This document shows positions 37,951 through 52,249 of a stretch of DNA of 64,000 bases, piece by piece. Within the stretch, counting starts at the first letter, position 1, and each line of letters begins with the position of its first letter. The notes below the pieces were generated by a model. The model had not been told where the DNA came from, did not search any database, and worked only from the letters and a program-made list of their open reading frames with translations. The stretch comes from Octopus vulgaris. Taxonomy: Eukaryota. Both the position numbers and the translations under genes were made by a program. Location of the stretch: NCBI GenBank assembly GCA_951406725.2, contig OX597814.1, forward strand, positions 119,846,001 to 119,910,000, written 5' to 3'.

Positions 37951-40900
37951 AATTTGAAATGGATTGACATAACGTCTCACAAAGATAAATAAACAATGCT
38001 AAGAGCGCGATGCGATTGCAATAAATATCTTATTTATTTGAAGAATATTTCGACAGCTTGCCTGTCTTTGTCGAGTTCAAAATGAAAAGTGATAAATAGA
38101 AATTCAAAATTATAGAAATTCAAATTCAAACTATGAATGAGGGCAATCTGCGCTTCCACATTGACAGAATAATATCATTCGTCTTCAATTTTTCAGTTTA
38201 CAACTGGTGAAAAGAAAAAGAAAGAAAAGGAGAAACATATATAAGGAAAAAGAAGAATATTTAATGAAACAGTTTTGTGTAAACATGATGAAATTTCCCT
38301 TTCATTTTGCACATTTCTAGAGAGCGAGATGTTAATAACTCACAAACATATTTATCTTCATTCATTGTGGTGAGGATTGAAAGTGTAGAAGATTGAAAAT
38401 ATGTTATGAGAATATGCACTTTCAAGTCTTTTTTAAAATTGCAGCCGTTTGCAAAAAAAATAAATAAATAGGTAGATAAATAAATAAAAAATCCATTGTA
38501 TGTTTACAAATGATTCGTGTATGAAGAATTAAAATTCATAAATTAGTTTAGAATTTTTGAAAGAATAATATAGTTTGAAATGATCAAATATGAACGCGCA
38601 TTTTAAAATATTTATGTTTATATTTTACAATGACTTGTTTTATCAAAGTTTCTTGATGCGTTTAGGAACATTACGTTTGTCTTCATATGCATTGTAATAT
38701 TTTTGCATCAACTCATTTACGTAATTATGTCATCCTGGACTCTCTCGGTGTATATATTTCAGTTTCATTTCAGGATATTTCAGTAATATGAGAAGCGCAT
38801 ATTATTTAATACGGCAATACCCTACAGAGATTTCGCTTCCTGATTACGTCCAAGATCCGTAAATATAATAGAGAAAATGATAAACGAATGGTATTCCTCA
38901 GGGAATGAATAGAAATTTTAATGCAGAATGAAGATTAGCAGAAGAATTTTAGGAGAGGACTAGAAAGGGAAATACTTTAATTACAGTATTATTGAATTTC
39001 GATATTCCTCAACGTTTGAGAAAGTTGACATTTCGTTAATGCGAAGAAATCATTAATATGAAACAACTCATAATTCAGCACATATGAAATGATCTACACA
39101 TTTTCCCCGTGGCTTAATAAATGTAATATCTGGAAAAACATATTCAGATGTATTAATATTTTTGACTGAATTGCTATAATTAAAAAAGAAGTAGAATTAG
39201 TAGTAATTCATCCAGCTTTAATTATACCTGGTTAATCGTACAACAATGGTCATCTAAATATTGTACTTTAGTCATTGAATTCGAGGTGATATTCAAGAAA
39301 CACAAGCTATTCAGCTTTCATTTCAGTATTACCATCCATCGAAACAAATGTACAGTTCTGCTGCTAGCAGATTTATAAACTCTAGTAAGCCCTAGTATTT
39401 TATAACACTAGGAATATCAATAAAGTCCAATGAATCTGTGGGAAGGGTTTTTGTTTCTTAAAAACGTAGTATATTTGCGCTGGTATAGTATAGAGCATTT
39501 GCAAATTGGCTTAGTATCCAACGCATACATTGTATCCGTACAATCGATGCTTAACTTTTAAAATAAGAGAACGTTAAGATCAAGTTATATTCTTAAATAA
39601 ATTTAGCATTTGAAACACTGGATACTTAAATATTATATAATCATCGTAGCAAATAATTGTATTTAATTCATGCCTGACATATAATCATGAGTAATTAAAT
39701 GATGCTGGTCATATAATTAATAATATTTAATTCCTGTTCGTAATATAATTGCTAGTAGTTAATGTGTTCCCATCATATAATTGATAACAGCTAATTCACA
39801 CCACTGTTGTAATGTAATACTGGCTAATTCCTTTCCACAATGTTGCCTTCTATGATGAAGGTCCATAGGTATTATTCTATTATTCATTGAGCCTAATCTA
39901 AAATATTGAAATTGTATTCACTTATTTAATGCTGAAAGAATGGAAGAATATGACGAAGAGTTAAGAAAAGAAATTCAACTAAGATTCAAATCAGGTATTA
40001 TATTTCCTTTAGCCATGCATTTTCATCTCTAACATTTCATCTCATAGATTTCATTTTATGAAAACTTCGTTGAACGATCTCGTAATATAACAACAATATA
40101 TTGCATTTGTACAACTTCTGTTTACATAAATTAATGAAAAACACCAGAATAAATCAATAAAATTAAATCCAGAATCATATCCGCTCTAGGGACATTACAT
40201 CTGTTAAAAATAGTAGCCAAAAATCAAAATAGCTTTCAGATCTCATCCTAACTTCTTGGAAAATGATAACAATTGTTTTCATTTCTTAGGCTTTATCAAC
40301 AATTTAACAAACACGTGGTTGTTGTAAACCGAAAGAAAGCTCAAAGAGAGACTAGTTTATAGCAGTATAGAAAATCAAAGATGCTACTTAGTAAGAGAAA
40401 ATGAGAGGTTATAGTTCAAACACGTTAGCTAATATACACCTAGATCTAAACTATGGGTTAGTAACAGAACGAGCATTATTAACCATGGATCTACTTAATG
40501 TGTATCTGGTTTATGCTCTATGTAGGCACTGGATCCTAAACAATAACAAAAACTATAACACAAGAAATCGAGGAAATGTAGTTGTATTACATTTTTACAA
40601 ACATCATATTCATAAATTTGCAAAACAGAATTGAAAATATGTTCTATGACTTTAATGCACTAATACTAACAATTCTGTTCGCAAAAATGTTGATTAATTT
40701 TAAGGTGATCAATTCGTAACTGTGACAACGTATGTCGTAAATTCAGCAACAGAAGTATGCTTTTTTTTTCCTGCCAATAGTTTAAAATAGCAAAACAATA
40801 CTAATCAAGAAAACTGGCGAAGATATGCCTTGAAAAAATAATCGTGCACCGAATTCAAGTTTGGTATCAATGTTTTACAGGAAGAAGAGTGTTGGAAAGT

Positions 40901-41284
40901 ACCTACCGAATTTCCCCCTTAAAATGAGACTAATTATTTTATATAATTATTATGATATAAAATACACAAATAACGAGTTATGAAAAAGATGAACGTTATT
41001 ATGTTCATTATTATAATAGTGAAGAATAAGGAGGATGGTGGCCATATAACAAGTGCTACTGGTGACAGAGTAATAGGTAGAAGGCATAAAGTGTAACGCG
41101 AGTGTGATGAGATGTGAAAACCGGTGTCAGGAAGAGAAGCGAACTGTTAATTCCTATTAAATATACACTCGCCTGTTTGTGTGTATCGGGGGGATATATA
41201 TGTCTATATGCAAGTATATGTGTGTTAAAATTGCCAATGAAACACCCATGTGGGAAAAACTGGCAGTAATACATATCCTTTTAA

Positions 41285-41500
41285 AATTAATTTCTACTCT
41301 AGGCACAAGGCCTGAAATTCAGGAGGAGGGACCAGTCGATTAGATCCACCCCAATGCGCAACTGATACTTAATTTATCGATCCCGAAAGGATGAAAGGCA
41401 AAGTTGACCTCGGCGGAATATGAACTCAGAACATGAAGACAGGCGGAATACTGCTAAGCATTTCGCCCAGCGTGCCAACGTTTCTGCCAGGTCACCGCCG
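41285..41500 (-). mobile_element. SINE family B (variant tail)
   Basis: TTTATCGATCCCGAAAGGATGAAAGGCAAAGTTGACCTCGGCGGAA...TTTCTGCCAGGTCACCGCC. Confidence 0.85.
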
Positions 41501-42970
41501 ATGTCTCCTAGATGCTAACATATCCCTTGAAAATTGAGAAGGGAACATTAGCGGAGAGAGAAATCGTAGATTCCCACAGAGATTTTAATTCTTATAGTTT
41601 TCATTCGTAGTTTTGAATATTTTTTGGTTCAATGTGAGTGAGTGTCTGCGTGTTTGCGTGCACATATTTATGCAAGTGTTTGAGCTTTAATTTGTTCATA
41701 AATTTGATGTGTACGTGCAAGTGAGTTGCAGTGATGGTAACTAGAATGAAAACGGATGGATCAAGAAGCTCAGTGATGTATGCGCGTGCGTGTGTATGCG
41801 AATGTGTGCGTGTATAATATGGATTTCATTACGACATATTCCTTGCAGATAAAATATGATTCGATAATCTAAATATCCATGAATTTAGCTGCTGTAAATA
41901 AAAGAGCGTCTTCTTTGTTCATAGAAATCAAATTACATTTGATTTCTATAATATGTTCGAGTAATCAGGACGAATATGTGACCCTGGAAGGATGCATTTA
42001 TTCTATGTATTATTAGGTTTGCACCTTCCAACCGGGAACACATAATTCCCATACATTTCAGAAAATGTAGTGACGTTATTGTATCATGAACTCAACGTAT
42101 TGCCATCCATATTAAGTTCAGTTGTTTAGAATTTCGTTTCACATTTGTTAATATGAACACATTTGTCACATATCGTATGAATAATGTGTTATATTTGATT
42201 GATATTCAAGAAAACGCTTCAAAAATTCTGCAGAGAATGTTGTAGAGGACTCTCGTAAAATATACACTTTCATTTAGCATTGAAGATCTTTTATTGCATT
42301 TTGCAGCGGTTTTGAATATTGAGAAGGCGTAAATCTGCTTATTTATGCGCGATGAATTAGGAGATCCCTTAATGTAACTCAATAAAATGTATATTATATT
42401 CAGGTGAGCGAGATATTTATCATACATAAATACAAACATTGTTGAAATTAGGATTTGGTAAAAAGAGAATTGGTTTAGAAGCGTTTAGGAGAACAAAGAG
42501 AAATATATAATATAGCATAAGAGATAATAATTAGGATACGTTTTCCATAGAAACACCGAGTATTATATGAAATTGAAAATGAATACAACTCAATTAAATG
42601 TACAATTATTATAAAAATTTGAGTAAGCATAATATACTTCAAAAGCCACGATATAAACTTCAGTTGCATTTCAATACGGTCAAACTCTCAAACGTAGTTT
42701 GTATTTTATGAGCTTATTTGCAATATATTTATTTACATTGTATTTGACCTTCGCCTCAGTTCAGATCGGATAATCATAGGTTACTATGCATAGGTAAACA
42801 TGATTACCCACACAAAGTAGTGTATGTACTACAGACTAAAACAGCTTTCATAAATAATTCCATTTTCAAAGTTACGAACCGTGATTATTAGCGATATTTC
42901 AAAGCAAAATTTTTGAAATGCAAAATCGGATAATGAACATTTTCTGTACCGTAATTCAAACACAGAACAG

Positions 42971-43176
42971 AAATGATAACAACACAGATGGCAGCTCCAG
43001 CAACAACAGCGGCATCAACAACATCTCCAGGTCCGGAACCAATCGAAGATGCGCCAGTAATGCGAGCACAACTAACACCCATGCCTGGAAATATATCATG
43101 TCAGCCTGGACGGCCTTCAAGCGGCACCTGTACAACAAAAGGTCCTCTTCCAAGATATCTATTACAAAAAGATAAG
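42971..43176 (+). CDS. Candidate internal exon encoding a Thr/Ala/Pro-rich peptide
   Basis: Less AT-rich open island (MITTQMAAPATTAASTTSPGPEP...LLQKDK) bounded by CAG acceptors and AAG|GTATTG donor; no homology recognised. Confidence 0.3.
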
Positions 43177-43199
43177 GTATTGAACATTTATTATGCACT

Positions 43200-43510
43200 A
43201 GAAAGGAGAAAGCTAATTCAAAGGCTAGAACTGTAAAAATATCTGAAACTTGCTAGAAATATACCATTTAGAAATATATGAGCATGTCTAGATATGCAAC
43301 TATTAGCATAAGAATACATACAAATCTGTACATAGAGACATAGATACACATATACACACATACATACATACATACATTCATACATACAAACAAACGAAAA
43401 TGTCCTGTTGCTGATGGGGAAATACCAATGAAGGAGCCTTGGATCTAGGTTAGAAACCAATTCTTTCTCTGTTGGCAAGAAATCTAGAAATAACCTGAAT
43501 AACGACATAC
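43200..43510 (+). mobile_element. 3' end of the same RLE-LINE family as 5580-5995
   Basis: Shared GAACTGTAAAAAT, CATGTCTAGA and CCTTGGATCTAGGT.AGAAACC...GTTGGCAA.AAATCT.GAAATAA. Confidence 0.6.
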
Positions 43511-43689
43511 ATACATATATATCATTAGCTAACGGTTAATTTCTCAGATGCAGCACGAAGTTTTGTCGCGGTTTAAAAGCGACGAAAATATTTTGACACA
43601 AATGAAATTTAAATGCTGAAGTGAACCTAATAGTTTTTGTGTGTTCTTGAATGACTTACAAACATCTTCCTCGCTGCAATCTTTCTATT

Positions 43690-43841
43690 GTGAACAGGAA
43701 TTTTATACCGAGACGACAACATAACATTTTTATATGACTGTATATTTGTCTGTGAGTGTATGTGTGTAAGTGTATGAGTGTGCATGTCTCATAGTTTGTG
43801 TTTCTTTCCACGTTAGGTACGTTTTTAAGCATACACACACG

Positions 43842-43921
<80 letters not shown>

Positions 43922-44400
43922 ATGGTACGTTATTAAACACAAACAATATACACATACACATACATATGTGGCATTTCATAGAGATAACTTTTCTGTTGTC
44001 AACAGGACATTTTATACCACGACGTCAACGACATCATATTTTGTATATGACTGTGTATCAGTCTTTGAGTGCATGTAAGTGTATGGGTGTGCATATGTCT
44101 CATAGTCTGTGTGTCTTTCCGTGTTAGGTACGTTATTTAACGCAGACACATCTGCACATACATATACATATGTAACGACTGACATACGTGAATGTATATC
44201 TCTGTGTGGATATCTTACTATAAATATGAGAGTGTGTGTCAGGAACATTTTATATCACAACGACGATGTTGACAACGTCACATTTTGTATATGTATATGA
44301 CTATATCTGACTGAGTGTATGAGTGTGTATGTATCTGTGACTGTGTGTGTTTCCGCGTTCCGTACGTAATTAAACATACACACACAACTACACACACATA
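43690..44400. repeat. Three diverged tandem copies of a ~250-310-bp unit
   Basis: CAGGA..TTTTATA.C...ACGAC...TATATGACT...TTTCC..GTT..GTACGT at about 43692, 44001 and 44240. Confidence 0.7.
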
Positions 44401-45216
44401 TACTTATGTGAGCACTGACATGCCTGAATGTATGTATGTGAGTTCTAGAGGTGAAACACTTGAAAAGAAAAAAAAGAAAACAATGAGGTGGCAAGTTATA
44501 TATAAAAATAGACATTTACTTTTTCATCACCAGTTAATGATTTCTGCAGCAGTTACAATTTACCTTTACATATTTACCTTTACATTACGAAATTTATCAT
44601 CTCTCTATATAGATAATTCTTGGGCTCTCCGTAATAATTATTGTGACATTTATCGTTAAATTATTAGTTCCATACATGTGCTTCTATTTCATTCATTTGC
44701 TTATATTTCGTTAACTTACACTGCATACAAAAATACAGACATACTTTATACACACCACGCGGTAAGCCATAATGCCTCTTTTTTTCATATTGTCGTGTGC
44801 CTGCATAGGCTTTATAGTTCTTTTTTTACAGCCACTCCAGCAATCGAATGTCAACCCTTCGCCTTCTGCAACATTTCAACAGTTCACTTCCCCGTTGCTG
44901 TCTCCCATTGCAGCCCAATGGAGATATTTACGTATAATATCTCCATTACACCTCCATTCATTTCACTGCCAACCATACAAATGGCCGTGTTAAATGCAAC
45001 GCTGACTGCCTCAAAAGCAAGTATATCCACTGACAGCTTTTCCGTGGGCTCCAAAATTACATACCCCCACCCCAAATTATTTATTAGAAGTTAGGGCAGT
45101 GAACCTTCCAAATGAAGGTATGGCATGTCGCTTAGTGGAATCACACCATTATTTACTCCACAAAAGTTTTGTCGTCAATGCTGCACTTTTCCGTATCACT
45201 TGTTTCAACATAACTG

Positions 45217-45323
<107 letters not shown>

Positions 45324-46241
45324 AACTATACCAATACTGAGCAACGCCGGGTATCTTTGGCAGTGAAATATATATGTAGGTAGAGGAAGAGAGAGGGAGA
45401 GCAAAAGAGAATGTGAGAGAATAATGTAGGTAAAACCCAACGTATATTTATTCCTCTTTATGACACTCATTTTCATACCAATTTTAAATCCTTCCCATCT
45501 CTTTTTCTATGAATTTCTACTTTGTCAATTTAGATCAATTTACTCTCGCATATCGTTTATAATTCTAACTCCTTACTCTACTTAAAAACACATTCTTATA
45601 TTTACATCATTAAGAAATTTGGAAACAGACAGACATCTCTGAAATTCAACAAAAATTCCCAGCAGCATTATCTATATTATTTGATGAAATTAAATTTCTG
45701 TGCACTTTATGCATACAGGTAGACGAAACAAAACAAAATTCTTCTTTCTGTTGTAGACTTCCAAAGAGACACGTGTGTATTATTCTTACAAGTAATATAA
45801 TATTCAGTGCTTATTGAATATAATTTTCCATAACACAAGTTAAATATATTTTGTACTTAGAAAGGAGTGCTCTGGAAATTTAATGAACTTACAATATTTA
45901 AGAAAATAACTCAGAACTGTAGACTACAATAAAATTACACCGAGGTTTATCAAGTTAAAATAGATAATGTTTTAAGAAAGCGTAAAAATAAATTATAACA
46001 CAGCTGCAATACAGAAAATTGAAGGTAATTTTAGTTAATGTGAAAATCAGTGATTAATCAATTTTCTTGTTCTCAGAGGGTAATTTAGAAACATAGATTA
46101 TAGAACCAGTTACCGTGTGGTTTCCTTTTCAATAAAATTTGAGCGTACTTTGAGCATGTGTCTTCCACTATAACTTTGATACAATCATTGACTCCTGAGG
46201 AAATTCGGGAGACTTAGAAACGTGTAGAAGCCCGGGGCTTT

Positions 46242-46480
46242 ACACAGGATGTTTGGGCTAAATTTGACGAATTTTTATGACACCTTTTTCTGGAACAGAT
46301 TGGTGTTCTGATGAAAGAACAACATAGAAATTACAGTTGCAGTAGAGAAAAAGTTAGCCGAATGGAAGACAGGAAACCATCTGTTACTTGTATCATGATT
46401 TAGGCCTACCATCTTTGAAGAGGAACATAGGTTCAATTCAGACAGCTATTTGAAGCTGCTAGAGACTGTGTTCAATATAT
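46242..46480 (+). mobile_element. Tc1/mariner-superfamily (maT-like) remnant, 5' TIR + transposase fragment
   Basis: CAGGATGTTTGGGCTAAATTTGAC terminus complementary to the end of the 8195-8466 remnant; IFEEEHRFNSDSYLKLLETV peptide. Confidence 0.5.
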
Positions 46481-48499
46481 CTAGATGCATGCTTTTGTGC
46501 GTTCTCTTCCACCTTCAGCTGAAAGCAACAAATCTGTCACTCCGAATGCGATAAATATAATTTGTTCTATTAGAACGGCAAACTATACGTACTGTGATGA
46601 GAATAAATCTTGGCTGAGCTAGAATGAAATAAACACAGTCCCGCAACGCAGCGTGAATCATGTAAAACCATATTTAGTACGTTTGAGCTATCTAGAAAGG
46701 CGTTTAATAAGGGGCTGTGAAAGGCAGATTTGGCTGACGGAGCTGACACGTAACAATGCAAAAGCTCTTGCGTTCTGCGATCTGAAAACAACATTCATTG
46801 TTGCCGAGGAAGCTCACTCGGGCCGACTTGTAATCTTTCGCTAGTGACACTGGCCGCGGACGCGTAGTTCATTTTCCATTACAATCCTGTTTTTATTCGG
46901 AGGTCGGTTTAATCATTCTCTGGTATGTGTTTCCCTTCCTTCGTTTGACAAAATAGAAAGAAGGTAGCATTTGTTCACACAATTCCTCCAAGAAGTAGTC
47001 TGGAATTACATATTGGGAGTCGTAAACTTCCCTATTTTACTCATTGTGTAAAAAAAGAAATCCACAAAGGAAAACAATTCACCCTTAAACTGGGGGAATT
47101 CGCACAGAAACCTGCTGAAGCAGGCAATATGTCCAAGAAACATAGAAAGCATCTAATCCCAAAAGGAAAACCTACACGTCCGTTCGGTCGGGATTCTCTT
47201 AAATGCCATTTTCCCCACTTTTAGTCCGTAGTACCGAGGTATGAGTGTTTAGTTATTGTATGTTTGCCATTATTCCTTATATTACCCATGGTAGCAATAC
47301 GATATTTTTAACATTACCAGTTATATACAGGGTAACACTCTGATGCCTATATAATGATTGCCAATTACGTTTAATCCTATATAATATCTGTACTAATTTT
47401 ACTAATTTAAATAAACGTGTTGACATATCATAAATTTCAATATAATCACATTTCTTTGTTAAAGACTATTAAAATCTATTTAACAGTTAACGCTTGCGTG
47501 TGTGCATATGAATCTAGTAAAGGCTGATCAATATGTTTCATGTTAATTTCCAACTTCTAACGTGGAGGGTATTTAGTTAATATAGTGAGGAATTAATGCT
47601 CTTCGACTTTATATTAAGGGAAAAAGATTGAACTTGCAAATACTGTATATTATTTTATTTATTTATGGTGGTTTTCGTGCTTTATTTGCGTCAGTGTTTT
47701 CGTTATTAACATCCTCTTCCTAACATCGTCGTCATTAATGTGACACTTCTAACACATCAACTGCTGGAACATTTTACATTAGGCAAATGTTATTCAATAA
47801 CCGTTACACTAACCATATTATTTACAGCAGGGTAATACCTATAACTATGTTTGCATTTAAGGAAATAACTAGTATTCGAACAACCAAAATTCCACAAAAA
47901 ATTGTCAGCAAACGTTCGATATAAAGGGAATTATGTCCTTAGCAGTAATTAGTGCATTCGTAAAATATTAACATGCATTTATAATAGGCATTATCATACA
48001 TAAATATATTATTAGCAGAACCTAAAGAAAAATTTGCAATGTAAAGCTGCTTTTGTAACAAATATATGTATGCAAGGTTTCCTATTAAATAGCACCTTTC
48101 AAAAAACTGATGAATAGGTGTTAAAGCTTCTATCAAATGGAAACTTAAGGTAACGTATGTTGCACATTAAAATGTATGCAAGAATTTATTATGATATTAC
48201 TTTTAGTAGCACAGTATTCAAACTTATAATCTACGCGCAAAATTTATAACAAGTTATTACAAGCTTGTAATAACTTGTAATATTATAAGCTATTACAAGG
48301 CAACTTGTGATGTGTCATTCCACTGAGTACACATTCAGAATGTGTGGTGCTGAACATAGAGATGCGTCAATATAAACGACAGAATTTCGATTTCAGTTCA
48401 GTTATTTTACTATCTTGGTGGTGGTTAAGTTAAGCCCTTACACTCACACACCAAACATCACATACATATAGAATAATGCATTATTAAGCACACACATGC

Positions 48500-48718
48500 A
48501 TAATAATGATTTCAAATTTTGACTCAAGGCCTGTAATATAAGGGGAGGGGTAAGTCAAATACATCGACCCCAGTACTCAACCAGTGATTATTTATCGACC
48601 AAGAAAGGATGAAAGGTAAAATCGACCTCAGTGGTATTTGAACTCAGAACGTGTGGACGGACGAAATTCCGCAAAGTATTTCGACGGGCGTGCCAGCGAT
48701 ATTGACAGCTCACCGTCA
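48500..48718 (-). mobile_element. SINE family B, diverged
   Basis: ACATCGACCCCAGTAC...TTTATCGACC..GAAAGGATGAAAGG...TTTGAACTCAGAACGT...CAGCTCACCG. Confidence 0.8.
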
Positions 48719-48895
48719 TATTTTTCAGCGATCTAACATTTAGATAATAATGCCACTCAATTTATATATACACACACAAAAGAAATTGAAATACCCTACT
48801 CATATACATACCGCAACACAACGCCCCATATACCCGTCATCAAATTCATACATACGCTAGCGAATATAACCAAAGGTGATTTATAAGCCAAATTT

Positions 48896-49088
<193 letters not shown>

Positions 49089-51303
49089 TTGCATGTGTTA
49101 ACATGGACCCTCTCTCCACAAAATGAAAAAATTATCCGGAGAGAAGGTCTTTCGGAACGGTAATGGATAGGCATTCGCGTTATCAAAAATTTAACAATCA
49201 GAGAAATAAAAGTCGGAAGAGAAACTGCAGGTTATCTCAACGTCCAGGGTTTGACGCAGTTACATCAACCCTGAGATATACAAGACAAATTAAATTTTAT
49301 CTCGATATAAAATGAACTCAGAGCGAAACCTCGAAAGATATAGTGCTAGGCGTTTTATCCAATCGTCAAAAATCCTGCCAATAATAATTATAGATTCAGA
49401 CTATGTTATTCTACATTTGAGACATGCTGAGTTACCGAAAGTTTCATACTTTTCTTTACATGAAATTTCTTTTTGTTAGTCTACTTTTGAAACATTTTCA
49501 CAAAATAGTCGCTTCCGGAAAAAAATAAGTTCTTGAATTCTTTCCATATATTTGTTAGAATTGGCAATCTGCCAATCATACAGGAAGATTCACATAAGAA
49601 AAAGAAAACGGTGAAATATGTATACCAATGTTTATAGGATCATCACTTGTTAAATTGGTTTCGACCAAACTCCACATATCTACCTGCTTCAAATTGCTAC
49701 ATAATTCAATATGGCGTTCATGTACTGTAAATGATGAATTGCAGCAAATTAAATGGAATATGAACGGCATCACGCTAACCGGTCTTCGAATAAAAGACAC
49801 ACATATACTCTCACAAACTCGTCGCACACACAGGCATTTACAGGAACACACACACACACAAATTCTATCACGCATAAATATTTGTATGTATATAAGTATA
49901 TACTTGCACACATATTTTTTACTCTTTTAAGATTTGTCTTGTTTCTATAAAATATACTTCACTTAATTCTGTTGACTTGTGCTGTAGTATCATAGTTAAA
50001 GGCCAAAGAATTTTAAACATTGAACATATTTTGAGTAATTCATTGTCTTGCAAAATAAAAAAAAATGTTCTTTTGGATACCAACCCGTTCTTTTTAGTAC
50101 TGTTTTGCATTCTGACTTATTTAATAATCATAACGTGACTGATATGTATCATGCAGAAAAAGAGAACTTTTCGAAAACACCTCATTCATTCAATAAACTT
50201 TCATAGAAATAAATAATTATAAGGCATAATTCTGCTATGCAATATTAAATGACATATTTCATTTAAACGGCGTATAAGAGCCATTTTCATGTATGAACAT
50301 ATTACGATCATGAGCACAACACTTCCATGTGAGCTCGCTTTCGAACATTACTGATAACTTCCAATCCTGTTCAAACCCTGAATGATTGTGCTGTCGCATG
50401 AACGGTTCATCGGCGACTAAAGCGGTTAACTCCATCAAGTTTACTTGCTTGGTGAGCAGGGTGATTTATTGAACACAACCCGCTAAAAGGCAGAGAAACT
50501 CAAGAGAGTTGGCAACCATCCAATAATATGTGAAAGAAGATCCCCTAGATGTTAGGGTGTTGCTCTCACGATCGCAATATCATGATTACTATTCGCCGAC
50601 CGACTAAGCCTTATGATCTTATTTAAAACACTTAATTTTCCGTTGTCCTATTTAAGTCAGCTCTGAATCAGTAAACGTGTAACTGATTGGCATAAAAGTG
50701 TGAGGCTGTGACTGAGGAAAAATTACCCGAAATGAGGCCTCGAGAGCTACGTTTTTTATTCAGCAATAAAAAGACGGATAGTAAAACCTAGTCGGAATTA
50801 GGTGTTCAACCTGGTCGAAGGATAACGATAATGATGCTGCTGCTGTGATGATGATAACGAGGAAGCTGCTGAGTAACTTCGACTGAGTACACAATTATGA
50901 GTATTAGCGTCACTTGTATACACACTATATAGTTCTGTTACGATATATTCATATAAAATAATGCCATGTAAACAAATGAAAATAAAATGTTGACAATACA
51001 GCTTTTTTGTAGAGAAGATTCAAACAGAATCATCATCGTATGCAATAGACGCATATAGCTCTTTATAAAACAGAAAGTAATAAAGCCACATCATTCGTTA
51101 ACCAGGAAATAAAACGAAACAGTTTAGAGGAAATTAATAATATAAATTGCAATTAAATTTTTCATAGATATTTCAACATTATTTATTGGAAAACAATTTA
51201 CTGGCAATAGATTCGAATCAGTATAAGATCCTCTGAAGAGATGCACCACGAAACCCTAGATGATTAAACAAAATGGATTATATACGATTTTGATGTACAG
51301 CTT

Positions 51304-51458
<155 letters not shown>

Positions 51459-51484
51459 TATATTTGTATACATATATATACATA

Positions 51485-52235
51485 TATGGGGAAAGTGAGA
51501 AGATAAAAGAGAAAATGCACTTTGGATAGAAAAGAAAATAAAGGCTTTTTTTATGAAAAGTAACGAGAAATATACACAATTAGATGAACTGAGGTAGAAT
51601 TAAGAGTAATAAAATTCGTTATTATGAATTGTTAAAGTGATTCAAAGTCGTACGCGTTTCGCCAATTGCTATTCACAGGTTTTGAATGCGCACCAATTAT
51701 CAAACTGTGTTGGGTCTACTAGTCCCTGAGTAAAAAGATTATGTGTAACGACGGTTTGTTGTTCAGGATGTGATGCAATTAGTGTAGATATAATACTGTA
51801 ATGAGAATGGTGTATGGGATGTATAGGAGTTAGTGGTATTATTGGTAAGGTTAGTAGTGTTTTCTGAATTATGGTATGTGTTCATGTTAAGTTGTGGATG
51901 AAATTTATTGATGAAAGTTGCCTCTGTGTTCATTGTTAAATATACTGAGGTGTTCTGTGAACATTGATAGAAGGGGAAAATTAGGAGATTAAGATTACGT
52001 TTCTTAGAACACCTTTCTATGTGTTCACTGACTTGTAACTGTCTGTATTGTGGGTGGCGGATGATATTCCTGTCTGGCCAATATATTGATTACCGCACCC
52101 TAAGCAGGTAATGGCATAGATTAGGTTTTCCAAGGCACAGGTGAAATTTGATCTAATCTTAAATATTTCACCTTGTTTGAAGTAGAACTCTGCACCCTCC
52201 AAAAGGTGATGGCGTAGTGGACCCAACACCGTTTG
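51485..52235 (-). mobile_element. PLE 3' end: decayed GIY-YIG endonuclease + terminal repeat
   Basis: SNFTCALENLIYAITCLGCGNQYIGQTG; downstream CCTGTGA...GGCGAAACGCGTA hammerhead-like motif (minus, ~51650-51681). Confidence 0.8.
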
Positions 52236-52249
52236 AAAATTGGTGCCCC

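Noticed and set aside
39780-39995. Possible small exons (MEEYDEELRKEIQLRFKS)
   Set aside because: Too short, no consistent frame or homology.
45336-45364. Helitron-like 3' end (AGCAACGCCGGGTATC...)
   Set aside because: Hairpin and terminal CTAG are degenerate and no element body is recognisable.
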